A stretch of 64,000 bases of DNA from Mytilus trossulus (GCF_036588685.1 NC_086380.1:58156001-58220000); one strand, 5' to 3'; positions 24,861 to 39,388 are shown, counted from the stretch's first letter. The notes: a model not told the origin generated them from the sequence alone. Numbers and translations are program-made.

Positions 24861-27332
24861 CACTAAATACAGACATGACATCTCAGCCTTGATTGACTCT
24901 CTGATATTTAAAGAACATATTCATGATTAAATAGGTTATATGATACTATATGTAATGCTTTTTGTTATTTTATGTTTATAAAGAGCGTGTCTATATACCA
25001 GCTTTGAATTACTACCAATTTTCACTTCTTCGTACTATGAACATCAACATTATTTCCTTTCTCCTCAAATACTGTTCTTGCACCTGTACAGGAAGTTTTA
25101 TCTAGCTCTAATTGTATAGTTTTATTGTTGATATTCACCCCATATGTACCAAGTGTTAGATTAGTTTTATTGATATTACAGAAATATCTTGGTATTTCTC
25201 TGGTATTTCTAAACGAAAGATGTTATACACACAGACAATTAAGTATACGTAATGACAAAATTAATTATTTTCATTTACCTGTGTAGGATATGACGCAGCT
25301 GTTTTCAAAAGTGATGGTTTTCTATAAATTGTTTACTATTTCACAGTGATATTTTACTTTAACTTTGTTTAAACCTGTTTATTTACTTTTGATATATTTT
25401 TTATCCCTTATAAATTTTATTAACTATGAGTTAGCATTCAGGTATCGTAGATCAAATTAATCGTTTATTGTGTGATATATCGCGTTTTTTTTTATTGAGT
25501 TAGCCTTCCAACTGATATTTTATATGCCAGCTATGCTGGCACTTATGGTAGAAGCATCGTTTTGGGACAAAGAACGATAACTCTTGCTAGACGACCCATC
25601 TGAAAAGTTTCGTCACTCTCGTTAAATCTCGTACGATTATTTTTTTTTAATGGCTGCCAAAATTCTCGTTTCAACGCGATCTTGAAAAAACGGGACAGAT
25701 CGGAATAATTTCGATGTTAATTACGTCATGAATTTTTATTTGTTTGCAAAAACAAGAATTCAGAAATTTTGGTAACTTTTGTAGTTTATTTAAAGTTTAT
25801 CGTACCACGGAAATTACCGAAGTTAGGACAACAACATCTGACGCCATGTTTCGTCTGCTACAACATTCCATTATCAGTGAGGTCAAAACAAATCACCTAA
25901 ATAAGAACAGGTACTGCATTTAAAAGTCACAAAATCATAGTAAACGATAACATATTTAGTGTAAAAGTTCCGTCCAGTCATGGGAACACAGTAAAAAACT
26001 CTGCAAGTAATACATTTCGGATTTTTTTTTTATAATGGCCATGCGGCATGCGGGGTAGACTCCAGTGCACCGGTTGTGGTTGACCATGACTACTTATGTT
26101 CACCTGCCACATAATTCCCCATACCAAAGAACAGTGATAATGACGTTGGTTATACTGTTGATCACGGTAAGTCATGAAACCCACAGACTAATTTAAAACT
26201 AATGATTAGCCCCCCCCCTAATTCACAATTTGTAATTTGGGTACTCTCATGTTAGCAACTTCACAGCTACAAATTTATTTTCATAACTTCCTTTGGCAAA
26301 CTCTCAACAAATCTTTTCACTGATTATGTCACATAGATCCCTTTAATAGATACAGTCCCAGGAGATGGAAACTGTTTTGTTTTCTCTTTCTAAGTTCAAT
26401 CATAAAAGGAGACTTGGAGACTTGAGTCTGAGTAGTACATTTAAGTACAAACTATATATTGTATGCTCTCATATTGTCCAAAATTGGATTTATGGGAAGA
26501 TGGGAGTTAATTTCATAATATAACCCATGATAATACCATGACTTTGATAGGTATATACATGTACAGGGCATACATTACTTTGGAGATTATCATATTTGTG
26601 GGCTACATCCTTAAACATTCAAGCTGCAACAGTCACCTGTATATTTTATGCATCAGTTTAAACCTGATCAAAAAACATTTTCACTCTACCAAGTACTTTA
26701 TCACTATCTGTATCAGGTTCACATTTGAACCTATTTAGCAATACACACTTATGGTTATATAACATTACAGTACCAAAACTGTACTCTGTCTCAGTAACTA
26801 AAATTGCACCTATTCAACAAAAAAACCTGGAAATCTTACAAGTTTTCTTTCACCATGTGAAGTTATCTAATTATCATCTTCTTATAATGAGTAAATTAAA
26901 TTTGTTACCAGCATCCTTTTCTTCAAAACATAAAGTTTAAGCATGGTATAATGTCAAATTTATTGAAATATTTGAAGAAATAAATTAATAAAACAAAATA
27001 TTTGTTTAATTCCAGTTTTAAGGATTTGAAATAAAATGTAATGATGTATGAAATTTGGGTACTGACCTCATTACAGAATCATGGAATGTTTGGAGGTCAG
27101 TCGGAACCCATTTTTCTATGACTCTGGATGAACTTAAAATTAAATTGGTGACCGTGTAACTATATTGTAAAAATATAGATGCAATGTGTGTACTTTCATG
27201 TTAGCAACTTCACAACAGAACTGCAAATTTATTTTTATGACCAAAACAAACAAAAAAGTACAAACTTAAAGGCAATAAAATGCTTTGCCATGCACAGCCT
27301 GATACGACCGCAGATGTATATTGAGCATATAA

Positions 27333-27561
27333 GGGAGTCGACATCAAAAGATCAATGAAGGATAAAAAACTGAATTCAAATAGTTTGGGGGTGGGGGGTT
27401 AAACTTGCTGCAAGTTTTGTTTAACCTACATTGATTTTACATATATCCATATGGGTCAATCAATTTTTACCAAATTAAGTTAAGAGGGGGGATGGGGGGT
27501 CAGTAAATAAAACTATCTGAATTTAGTTTTTTATCCTACATTAAACTTTTGATGTTGTCCC
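27333..27561. mobile_element. PIF/Harbinger-type MITE
   Basis: Imperfect TIRs ggga..gacatcaaaagatcaatgaaggataaaaaac / gttttttatcctacattaaacttttgatgttgtccc; TAA on both sides. Confidence 0.65.
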
Positions 27562-28952
27562 TAAATAACACAATTTTTTTTGTCAGTTGAAATCAAACAT
27601 ATTTTAATTTTGGATCCTTTAAACTTCAATATGGACTAATTTGAAAACAGTTAGCAGGTAGACCCAAATATTTCTATTCAGCAGAAGTCTCTAACTACAT
27701 ATCTCCTTAATTTCATATGATAATAAGTCCTACAAAAATATTGAAAATGTGTACATTTAATTTTTTTTGTAGCTTCTCTCATGTGAAAGCAGTACCTTTT
27801 TGGTCACTATTTATGTGTTGCGTCTAAATAAGAATTGTAACACTTCATAGTGACCGAACAGGTTAAACAAATACTTCTGAAGAAACCGAAAAAGGGGCAA
27901 CTTGAAACAGCACCAGCCATGCCAGTATACATGTATGTATGAATAAAAACTCAGATCAGAATAGCATGGACAATACAGGGGCGGATCCAGCAATTTTTAA
28001 AAAGGGGGGTTCCCAACACAGGACAAAGGGGGGAGGGGGGCCCATTCAAATGCATTGATTGGCCAAAAAAGGGGGGTTCTGACCCCTGGAACCCCCCTTT
28101 CAATTTCAATACAATATGTTAGTTCTATGTCCTTGTGAATATATCTTGAGGAAAGTAATTATCAATAAATCTGCAGATAATGCAATTTTATCAAGAGTTT
28201 TGTACATTTTCTGTTATAATTTTCATACAATCAGTGAAACATTTAAACAGGCTAAACTAAATTTTTATTGCTGAAAGTGTCAAACAATGACAAGTGTTTT
28301 ATTTACCACTCGTGTGTTTTTTGTGAGAGAAAAAAATCTTGTGCAATATTTGGAATTAAAGGGAAAGAAGATCCTTTTTGCCTTGCACTGGCGCATGTCA
28401 ATTGTGAATATATACTTACCAAATATATTTTCTTTATCTTGATACTCACAGAGACATTATCAAGAAGTACATATCATAGGAAAAATACACAAATTACAGA
28501 TAAAATATTAAAAACACCCTATTTTAAGTGCATCTCCTGCCAAATCAGTATTTGTTGTATCTATATATATACTAGATAAGTATAATCAATGTAAATAAGG
28601 TAATTTTTGGAAGAAAATCCCGAAATAAAAAAATAAAATACCCCCAATAATAATGTACCATAACCCCAAAATCAATTCTAATCTTCCTTTTGTGTATTGA
28701 ACCTCCTAGTGAAATTTCATGGAGATCCATTATCTTATACTCAAGTTATTGTCTAAAACCAAATGTGTCTTCTTGAAAACAACTATGACATGATTAAGCA
28801 TTACTGGAAAGCAAATTTTTGACATACTTGTATATCCCATTTCCATTCTCAATTTTATTTTGCTGTCATATAAGAACTTGAAAAGTAAGCTACATCATGT
28901 ACATGTATAAACAAAAACAAATATATGCAAGAAAGGACATAAAACCATATTG

Positions 28953-29365
28953 GGCCATAGGTTTTTTATTATTAGTTTTACGAACCCTCCTACCCTAATT
29001 TTTGCCAAATAGGAAAAAAAAAAAAATTAAAAATATTGATTTTTATTTTTTTTTCTCCTCTGACCCAGTGTTTTTCATGCAAAAAAAGTTCATAACTGCA
29101 TGAAAGAATCTTAATTTATGCTCTTGGTGATTTAGTAAGTTGTTGCACATTGATTTTCAATTCAAACTTTGTCAAGAAAAGAAAAAAATAGTTGTTACAC
29201 TAGTAGAAAATCTCCTGGTGAAATAAAAAAAAAATTTTTTTGATATTGACGGTTGGTATTAAAAAAAAAATCAGCAGCAGCATTTTTTTTTTTTTTTTTT
29301 TCGTCCTCCTACCCATTGGTTTTGTCAAAAAATTTCGTAAAACTAAAAATATAATAACTATGGCC
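28953..29365. mobile_element. MITE with GGCCATAG termini
   Basis: ggccatagg..ttagtttttacgaa / ttcgtaaaactaa..ctatggcc imperfect TIRs; TSD not clean. Confidence 0.5.
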
Positions 29366-30725
29366 TAAAACCGACTCAGAATTTAATAGTACATGATATT
29401 TATGTAGAACTCACAAACTTGAGATGATCAGAAATACAAATGGTTTTTATTCGAGTCAGATTTTTATTACCGAAACCCTTCAGCGATATCAATTAAAATT
29501 ATTTAGTCAAAATTTAACACTAGTATTAAGGTTTATCATAACAGTCAAATTGGCAAATATGACCTTAATAATAATAATCACCTAAAAAAATACTGTGTAC
29601 AAACTGACATATGTGCAGTTTGGGAAGTTTTTATGTTTTTAGATACATAAAAGTTAAATTTATTTTGCATACCTGATAGATAAAATCATTTTTGGTAATT
29701 ATCTGGATTCAAAATATTTTTTTTGTCCTATGCTTGAACAGATTTTTTATTCATCAATTTTGGAATCAGAATATTTTTTCAGGAAAAATAGCATAACCCC
29801 TCATGCCTTTTCAAGTTCTATGTTTGTTCCCTAAACATTTTCCATCTGAACTTTCTTTTAGACATAAACAATACGTTAATGTAGCCTTCGACATTCGTTC
29901 TGAACATGCATCATATATTTGCCACTGGACGTTAAACAACAAACCACCATCAATACATAGGACATTGTCTTAGTATAAAGCTGGCATTTAAGGTAGCGCC
30001 TTCCTCATATTAGTGTATGTTTCTATGTTGTGATATTATGCTATTGTTTCAGAAAAGGGAGACTATTTGGTACCATTAATCTATTTATTCCCGCTGCCGC
30101 ATCTGTCCTAAGTCAGAAATCTGATGTACAGTAGTTGTCGTCTGTTTATGCAGTTCATACGTGTTTCTCGTTTCTTTTTTATATAGCTTAGACTGTTGGT
30201 TTTACCGGTACCGTTTGAATGGGTTTACATTTTTACTCATTTTTGGGGCCCTTTGTAGCTTGTTGTTCGGTGTGAGCCAAGGCTCCGTGTTGAAGGCAGT
30301 ACCTTGACCTATAATGGTTTACTTTTATAAATTGTTATTTGGATGGAGAGTAGTCTCATTGGCACTCACACCACGTACATCTTCCTATATCTAACAAATG
30401 AATTTCCCAATGAAAAGACATACTAAACATCAAAAATCAAACAGTTTCCTCATTCCATCTTGTATAGCACAATCTGAGAGCACAATACAGAATTTTTGTT
30501 TTCTCTCCCAAATTACAATTTATTTCCGACCATATTGAACCAATTTTACATAGTACTAGCTGGTATATTGAACCAATTATCCATAGTATATTGAAGCAAT
30601 TATACATAGTATATTGAACCAATTATACATTTGTAACATTATTTCTTTATATATTAGAAATTGTATCTAATATGAATTCAATACACGTCTTGTCAGAAAT
30701 TCTAGTACATAATCGTCAGAGACTA

Positions 30726-30832
30726 TTTTGAATTTAACCGCGATATTATACTTATCAGGAAGTACGTACTGGTCACGTGTGCCAATAACTGCATTGGATC
30801 AGAGATAGACATTTTCTGGAGTTCAGGTAAAG
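30726..30832 (+). promoter_or_regulatory. Putative core promoter and non-coding exon 1 of copy 4 (intron 30827..32792)
   Basis: GGTCACGTG at 30771, gttcag|GTAAAG at 30827. Confidence 0.65.
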
Positions 30833-31177
30833 CAATGTTTTGAACACTTATAATGACATGCTTGATTAGTAGTTGATTTATTTTTCGCATATTAAATCAC
30901 ATGATATTAGTTTTAATTTCTATATTTAATCGAAGTCAATAAAACCATTGACGTTAAAGTTTACTTTCGTTTTCGCCTAGCATATAAGGTTAAAATATTC
31001 AAACATTAGGTATGTAAAAAAAAAAAAAGCACAAATAAATAACAAAAGCAAAACCACAAACATTTAGCATTGACCAAATAATTCTTGTTCTTCTCTTATT
31101 TTAAATGAAAATTCGAAATTGTTAACATCATCAATAATATTTTGAGCACAGGCAGGTATGCTCAGCTGACAATTATA

Positions 31178-31337
31178 TTCAATTCAATTCAATATTTTAT
31201 TGGAAAGAGCACAATAGAGGCGTGATCCAAATACAGACAATTATAATATTAAAACAACATATAAATGAAATAAAGATTCATGTAACAAGTCATGAGCCAA
31301 TTCTATGTATACAAATACATTATAGACTGATATTGAT
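31178..31337 (-). mobile_element. 160-bp retroelement 3' tail inserted in the copy-4 intron
   Basis: 9-bp TSD ACAATTATA (31169-31177, 31338-31346); AATAAA plus (TTGAA)n tail on the - strand. Confidence 0.65.
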
Positions 31338-32793
31338 ACAATTATAAGTACTTTGTATTACACTGAGTAAACACTTTGTATCTTCTACCGCTTTTTACGG
31401 TACCAAAATACGAATGTCTTCCTTCGAAACATATACAAGGTAAAGACTAATAATAAACAGATTAAGTGTTTTAACAGAACACATATAGTTCTTCGGGGAG
31501 TTTTCGAAAGGGTCCAATAACATATGCCGAGAGCTTGACAGTTTCCTTATACATGTTATACCCGTCATCGGATGTTGTACCTTCAGCTGCCATTGTATTT
31601 ATAAACACTGTGCATGCTCTAGTAATCACTTCATAACCAAGTGGACTTTCATCATAAGCAAGAATGTATTGCTTGAAAGGGAGGTGTCATGGGATGAGCA
31701 TATTTCAATACCTTTTCGATGGCTTTTTATATGAAAGCCATGGTTTTTTATATTGATTTGACCGTTGGTTTTCCTGTTTGAATGGTTTTACACTAGTAAT
31801 TTTGAGGCCCTTTATAACTTGTTGTTCGTTGTGAGCCAAGGCTCTGTGTTGAAGGCCGTACATTGACTTATAATGGTTTACTTTTTTAAATTGTTATTTG
31901 GATGGAGAGTTGTCTCATTGGCACTCACACCACATCTTCCTATATCTATTTGCGATGAGCATATATTCATAACCGAAGGCTGTGTATATGACTGCAATGC
32001 TTTGAACACTAACACATGCTTGATGAGTTTCTAGCATATGCAATTAATTATAATGCGTTTTAATTTTTCATATAAAATGAAAGTCAATAAAAACAATGAC
32101 TTTTTATTCTACTTTCGTTTTCGCTTCGCATATAATGTTAAAATATTTAAACATTGGATAGTTATTACTTGACCGGGAGAGGCCATGGAATAATCATGTT
32201 TTCATGCATAGTCAAACCCTTTTAGTATGCCTTTTGATCTTGCTTCTAATTGTACTTTTGTTGATCTAAGACCCTTAATCCTCAGTTTAATTCCGTGATA
32301 ATACGAAGAAATTTTTACTTGTTTCATAAGTAACAATATTTGTTGCATGACACTTGAAATGGCACAATTCTATGTGAAATATCAATGTTAGATTTATCTT
32401 GTCAAATTAACTGATGATACTTATTAATTACCTGTATTTTTAAAATTACCGTGACAGTGGAACAGAAACTTGTGTTTAAGAAAAAAGGGTGATTTTAAAT
32501 GATAATTAAAAAACGCAACAATATATTTTAGTCGACAGTATTACATCCAAATTTGCAACCTAACAGAAAAAAATATCAACTACATGGGAAAAAATATGTT
32601 TGCACGCACATTGTGTGCCAAGCATAATTATGCTTACATGACTTGCGACAGCAAGATTTCATAGAACCTTTATTTGCATTTACCTATTTAAGGTAACAAC
32701 TGGTGAATGAAAAACATATCTAAGGATTTGTCTTACATAAGACAGATTTTTGTTAAAAGCAATTTTATTCTTTTAAAATGTCTTTTTTGTAGC

Positions 32794-34479
32794 ATGTCGA
32801 GTAAATATACTGTATGTGGAGTATGTGATTATCAGAACATTAACACACAATCAGTTGTCTGGTGTTCAGAATGCGACGAAGGACTTTGTGAAGAATGTAA
32901 AGTGCATCATGCAGCGTCAAAGGCGACCAGAAACCATAGTATCGTTCAAATCTCGGAGTACCAGAGGCTTCCTTCCAATATATTGGAAATCACTCAAACA
33001 TGTTCAAAACATGATGAAAAATTCCAAATATTCTGTAAGAAACATGATATTCCATATTGTAGACGATGCGTTGTTGAAACACATAACGATTGCAAAGATT
33101 TAAACGCGATAGAGGATGTCATAAAGAATGTAAAATCTTCAAGTGCATTTTCAGAGATGGAACAAGTGCTGAAAGAACTTTCAGAAAATTTGCAGAATAT
33201 AATAAAAGATAGACAAGAAAACATTACAAGTATAAGGGAGAACAGAATACAAATAGAAAAGGAAGTTCAGCAGACACGAAGCCTGATTAACAATCACCTT
33301 GATAGGCTACAGGAAATTTTGATAAAAGAGTTGTATGACGTTGAGAAAAAGGAAAGCACAAAAATTAAAAACATAATATCATCCATTCAAGAAAGTGAAA
33401 GAAAGATTACCGAATGCAAAAGTACTTTATATACAATAAAACAACATGCATCAGACCTCCAGACGTTTCTTGCAATGAAACACATCCAGAAAGATGTCAG
33501 AAACAACGAAAACTTTTTGGAATCCTTGATTAAAGAAACCAAAATGAACAATGTTTCCATTACCTGGAAAAACGAAACTGCCTTGAAGATCTTACCTGTC
33601 CAAACTAAAAAGATGGGGACCATAATACTAAATACCAGGGCAGGTGATGCAACACTAACAAACAAAAAGAACAAACAAGCGCAGATGATGATGCCTACTA
33701 CACCTGTTTCTACCATTGATGATATAAAACTTACTTTAAGACAAACCGTGAACACAATTGGACAGGATATCAAAAGTTGTTGCTTATTACCTGGTGGCAG
33801 AATGATTTTTTCCTGCTATAGAAGTAACAAAATTCACGTGCTCAAATCAAGCGGGACTTCAGATTTTACACTTGAGACAGGATCCACAACATCTCATATC
33901 CACTTTATCGAAAAAAGTCAAAAACTTGTCGTAACAACTGGGGAAAACAACCAACGCATTGAGATAATCGACATGAAAAGTAGAAAATCTGAGAAATCTA
34001 TTGGAGTTGGAACAAGGACTTTTGGGATAATTAACAAAGAAGGGAAATTATTTTATAATGGAGAAAGAGCTGGATTATGTTTTGTAAATTTAAATGACGA
34101 CTCTTTAACACAGTTAGTTGACGTTGCATTGTCTACATGTAGCAGCATTGCAACATGGTCAGATCAACTATATTTTATAGGCGAAGATGATTCAGTAACA
34201 TGCAGTAATCTACAAGGAGGAATTAAATGGAAATTTAAGTTGAAAACATTTACAGTTCCACGAGGTATAACAGTGGACAATAACGGACGTGTTTACGTAT
34301 CAGGCTATTGGACGAGTAATGTCATTGTAATTTCACCAGATGGAAGCAAACATAGAGTGTTGCTGTCACAACAAAATGGTATTAATAAACCACAGTCTTT
34401 GTTCTTCGATCGAATAAATAACAAGTTACTTGTTGCGAATACATGCAATTACGCATTTCTTTATGACATTTCAAATTGA
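32794..34479 (+). CDS. RING-less TRIM-like protein, copy 4, 561 aa
   Basis: Same architecture; ORF 32707..34479 trimmed to MSSK after ttttttgtag c ATG. Confidence 0.9.
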   Translation: MSSKYTVCGVCDYQNINTQSVVWCSECDEGLCEECKVHHAASKATRNHSIVQISEYQRLPSNILEITQTCSKHDEKFQIFCKKHDIPYCRRCVVETHNDCKDLNAIEDVIKNVKSSSAFSEMEQVLKELSENLQNIIKDRQENITSIRENRIQIEKEVQQTRSLINNHLDRLQEILIKELYDVEKKESTKIKNIISSIQESERKITECKSTLYTIKQHASDLQTFLAMKHIQKDVRNNENFLESLIKETKMNNVSITWKNETALKILPVQTKKMGTIILNTRAGDATLTNKKNKQAQMMMPTTPVSTIDDIKLTLRQTVNTIGQDIKSCCLLPGGRMIFSCYRSNKIHVLKSSGTSDFTLETGSTTSHIHFIEKSQKLVVTTGENNQRIEIIDMKSRKSEKSIGVGTRTFGIINKEGKLFYNGERAGLCFVNLNDDSLTQLVDVALSTCSSIATWSDQLYFIGEDDSVTCSNLQGGIKWKFKLKTFTVPRGITVDNNGRVYVSGYWTSNVIVISPDGSKHRVLLSQQNGINKPQSLFFDRINNKLLVANTCNYAFLYDISN

Positions 34480-34904
34480 ATAGATACACTATCCCTGGGA
34501 TGATCTTAGCTGTGATAAATGTTTTTGTTATGAAAACACGTACTTTTTGTGAGAATCTAAAATACTATACAGATCGATTTATTACGAAACAACTGCATTT
34601 GTAATCGCTACAGTCATTTTTGTTGTTGTATTAAACATAAAAAATATACGTTAATTAAGATTCAAAGAAAGGACTAGCCATACGTGTTAATATGATTGAA
34701 AATGTTAAATAAAATAGGCATTAGTGTTTTAAGTCAGGTTATTATTACTCCAACAGAGACGAACTCAGGATCTCAAAAAGTAAACAATGATGCGAGTCTA
34801 ACCTATCCCCTCTTATTGCAGTTTTATTCATTAACAGTTATGAATAAGAGTGTACAACTGGTTATGTTATCATGTTATAAAAAGTTTTCATGTAAACAAT
34901 TCAA

Positions 34905-35245
34905 TACTATAAAAAAGAAGATATGGTATGATTGTCAATGAGACAACTCTACATAAGAGACTAAAATAACACAGAAATTAACAACTATAGATCACCATAC
35001 GACCTTCAACAATTAGCAAAGCCCATATCGCATAGTCAGCTATAAAGGCCCCGAAATGACAATGCAAAATAATTTAAACGAGAAAACTACCAGCCTAATT
35101 TTTGTACAAAAATACAAGTGGACGTAGACGGGTACTTATATATTCTCACCACAAAAAGACACTAGGTACAGATCTAAGAGTACTCGCAGTTAATTGAGAG
35201 CTAGTGCAAAGCATCTAACAACTAATAAAAAAATCATGCGTCTGA
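34905..35245 (-). repeat. SINE-like repeat (also ~22240-22460; opposite orientation ~35820-36120)
   Basis: Shared atgagacaactct...aaagcccata.cgcatagtcagctataaaggccccgaaatgacaatg block. Confidence 0.6.
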
Positions 35246-35701
35246 TTAAGTTCCTTGAAAGATGATCACTAGAGTGTGCTTACAAAAAAACAAAGACAGC
35301 ATTGGTAGAGTTTAAATGATAGCTCCCTGTTTTCGTTTGTAACCACTAAATACAGAAATGGCAGATCAGCCTTGAATGGCGTAGTCTCTCTAATATTTGA
35401 AGAAAGGAATCAGGATTAATTAGGTTATACATTATATGTCATAGAAAAGTTGCAATCAGAACAACAAATGAATTTCCCCATAAAAAGACAAACTGATACA
35501 GAAATTTTTTTTTCTTCCCAAATAACAATTTATTTCCGCCTGAAACAAACAACTAGACAATATCAATAAAAGTACTTTCGTAGACTCTTCAAGTTCAATT
35601 CTTCAATCTCAAAACATCAATATCAAATTCAATTATACATAGTACATGTATAATTTAAACCAATTATGTTACATTATCTATTTACATATGAGAAATTGTA
35701 T

Positions 35702-38214
35702 GACGTTACGCGCGATGTTCATACCTATAGGCGTAACAGACGTTATCGGTAAAATATAACGTTTTTCATGTTTTAGACGCTACAAAAATATTTCTAGAAT
35801 AACTTAAGTTAGCCGTGTACCTGTCTGGTTAGGGGGAGGGTTGGTATCCCGCTAGCATCTTTAACCCTACCACATTATGTATGCATTTGCCTGTCCCAAG
35901 TTAGGAGCCTGTAATTCAGTGGTTTTCATTTGTTTATGTCTATTTGTTTTTCGTTCATTCTAAATATGGATGTTAGCTTTCCCGTTTGAATTGTTGTACA
36001 TTGTCATTGCGGGGTCTTTTAAAGCTAACTATGCGGTATGGGCTTTGCTCGTTATTGAAGGCCATACGTTGACCAATAAATATTAATTTCTGTGTTGTTG
36101 GTTTTTTTTTGTCTCTTGTGCGGGACCCGAATGGCGGAATAAGTTGTTCTCGACAACTATCGATATGGTCCCCTTAAACTTGAAATGAAATTATTTATGT
36201 AGTCTTTGTAAGTACCAATCAAAGCATTTTCACAAGAATAGCATGACAGGTACAAAACTGTCAAATGAGCATCTTCAAAGAAGAAAACGCCTGGTGTTGA
36301 CTTCTAATACCAGGAATGATTTGAAAGATATTGTGTCACGATCTATACTCCCGACATCCTACCATGTCTACTTGATTCTTTAAAAAGCCCCTGCCTGCGT
36401 CCTGAGGTCCCTTTCACGAAGTTTCGAAATAATTTCATATCCGTGTTTGAAAACAATTTCGTGACTTATATATACTGAACCGGGCAACCGTCAGTTATCT
36501 CATGAATACTTTTACATCATCGAATCTTAATACTCCTTGACTAGGATTTGAACTTTTTGTGTAAACAATTGGTCATTTTTCTCATCCGGGCTTATAACAA
36601 AGAAATGTTAAGTGATCATACACGAAATATCTGGAAAACTTTCCACTCCGTCTACCTCCAGCATTGCTTGTCGATAAATTACGGACACATGTATAGGTAC
36701 CTCGGTGTGCTGAAAATAAGTTTGTTGAAGTTCAAACTTTTCTTTGCAACTGTATACTTTTCGGAACAGTCATCCATTTTAATACACTTATTAGATAATA
36801 AGTTTTCTTTCAAACATTCAAGTTGTGCATTTTGCCAATATGCACGGAAATGATGTCTGGTGAATTGTCTAAAAGTTCTCCAAAGTAATTAAACACTTCA
36901 CTCGGTTTAGTGCTTTTTCTGACAACCGTAAGTTTTTTCTTAAATTTCACAGTAATATATTAGTACCGTTCCAAAGATACATGTAGTCTAGAACATCATC
37001 CAAAACATTTAACTCATCGTCCGTAAATTTTAAAGACGCCTGTTTAGCGCTATAAGATTAAAATGCATAAAAGAAATGCTCGTACAATTACGCACCAAAG
37101 TTTTACTCGTTTTAAAACTTTGAAAGCTCTGCACTTAATTTAAAAGTTTCGAGTAAAAATAACACATACAATCTGTTCCGGGTTGAGGGCAACACTTATA
37201 AATTTCACGGAATAACAAAAAGAATCATCCGAAAAATCAGTAACAAATAGATAAATCAAATCGTAGTTCAAAAGGTCTCTCTCTATATATGAAGTTGAAC
37301 AATGCATGCACCGACAATCGAATAAGTTTTCTTTGTGTTTTTCTGTTGCCGCCTTTTTTGTTGTTTTGACTTTTCGAAACGACGTCAGGTTGCCGCCGTA
37401 AGAAATTTTATGCGTGGGACATCTTTTTCACCATTTTTTAAACATTCTGTTTTTGGAAAGTACGAATGCTGTGGAGAACAATATAGATTTTTTGAAAAGA
37501 CTAGACAAATAACATGTCTATATTAGATTTTCATTGTCGACAACCAAGTGCAAAACTAAACATAGTTTACTTTAATTACGACTGTACGCAACGTTTTTGC
37601 AAAAAAAATAACGTGTGACATTGTATTCACCAAATTTAAAGATTAAGAATCTTTTTTGTTTTTGTGTTTGATAGATTTTGTCTTTGAAATTAATTAATTA
37701 TAGAAAAACAACATTATACTAGCCAAATCATTTTCTCACATAATAACATCAGTTATCCGTATTTTTTATTTGTTTTCGTTTAAGTATTTTCGAAAATGGA
37801 GATGGGACACACTGATATTTTGAAGATTTGCCTGGTGTAACAGAATAAGACGACATTAACCATCAAACTAATACATCATAATGTGTTGTCATTTCATGGC
37901 AATACGCGGCAAACAAAAAATAACAATAAAAATCGGTAAAAAAAGGTCGAAAAGAGGGTATATACTTCAGTTTTCATCAGCAAATGTTACCCGGGACAGC
38001 CCATTATTTCTCCAAAATCCAGAATGAAATGATTATCAACTCGAACTAATGCGTTTTAAATCATTTTAATGGAGATAAATGAACAAGGACATTTATATCC
38101 ATCACATTGATATCTTTGTTTTCATTAAAATACGTTTTTTCCTGCACCTGCAGCGCAGTTTTAACAACGAAACATACAAAAAACGTAAACGATACGAACA
38201 TCGCGCGTAACGTC
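35702..38214 (-). mobile_element. Decayed DDE DNA transposon (Sola-like transposase remnant)
   Basis: 19-bp perfect TIRs GACGTTACGCGCGATGTTC; apparent TAT duplication; interrupts agaaattgtat.taatatgaat, which is contiguous in paralogs. The - strand at ~36870-36450 reads HHFRAYWQ..LKENL..DDCSEKY..ELQQTYF..IH..ISPDEKND..TDGCPVQY with stops and frameshifts. Superfamily call is from motif recall only. Confidence 0.75.
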
Positions 38215-38278
38215 TATATAATATGAATCCATTGCACGTCTTGTCAGAAATTCCAGGACATAATCATTAAACACAGAT

Positions 38279-38385
38279 CTTGAATTTAACCGCGTTTTAA
38301 TACTTATCAGAAAGTACGTACTGATCACGTGTGCAAATACTTACATTAGATCAGGCGATAGACATTTTCTGGATCTCAGGTAAAG
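38279..38385 (+). promoter_or_regulatory. Putative core promoter and non-coding exon 1 of copy 5 (intron 38380..41237)
   Basis: GATCACGTG at 38323, tctcag|GTAAAG at 38380. Confidence 0.65.
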
Positions 38386-39388
38386 CAACGTTTTGAACAC
38401 TTACAATAACATGCAAGTACTTGATTTGTTTCTAGCATATTAAAGCAATTATAATAAGTTTTAATTTTCATATTTAATCGAAGTCAATAAAATCATTGAC
38501 TTTAAAGTTTACTTTCGTTTTCGCCTAGCATATAAGGTTAAAATATTCAAACTTTAGGCATGTAAAAAAAATAGCACAAATAAATTACAAAAGTAAAACC
38601 ACAAACATGTAGCATTGACCAAATAATTCTCGTTCTCCTTGATCTTATTTGAGTTGAAAATTCGAAATTGTTAACATCACCAATACTATTTTGAGTATAG
38701 ACTAGACTAAGTATGTTGACAATTATTAATACTCTGTATAAACACTGATTGAACACTTTGTATCTGCTACCGCTTTTTACCAAAATACGAATTTCTTTCC
38801 TTCAAAAAATATACAAGGTAAAGATTAAAAACAAGTTACAGATTAAGTGTTGTAACAGACCACCTACCGTTCTACAGAGAGTTTTCGAAAGGGTTCAATA
38901 GCTTGCAGCGAGCTTGGCAGTCTCTTTATACGCGTCATCAAATATAGCGCCTTCAGTTGCCAATGTATTTATAAATACTTTAGTAATCACTGCACGACCA
39001 TGTGGACTTTCCTCATAAGAAGGGAAGTTAATACTTTAACCGGAGTAGTCATGGCATATTTCAAATACTCAGTCAAAGAAGTAACGATTTTATCCCTAAC
39101 AACAAGGAATTGTATATATTAAATATACAATTCCTTGCTAACAATGACATGCTTGATGAGTAGTTGATTTCTTTCTAGCACATTGGATCAATTATTATAT
39201 GTTTTAATTTTCATGTTCAACGCAATTAAGTCGTCAATAAAATGAATTACTTTAAAATCTACTTTCGTCTCCGCCTCCCATATAAGGTTAAAATATTCTA
39301 ACATTTGGTATGTAAATAAATAGAACAAATGAATAACAAAAACAAAACCACGAACATTTAGCATTGACAAAATCATTTTCGTTCTCCT

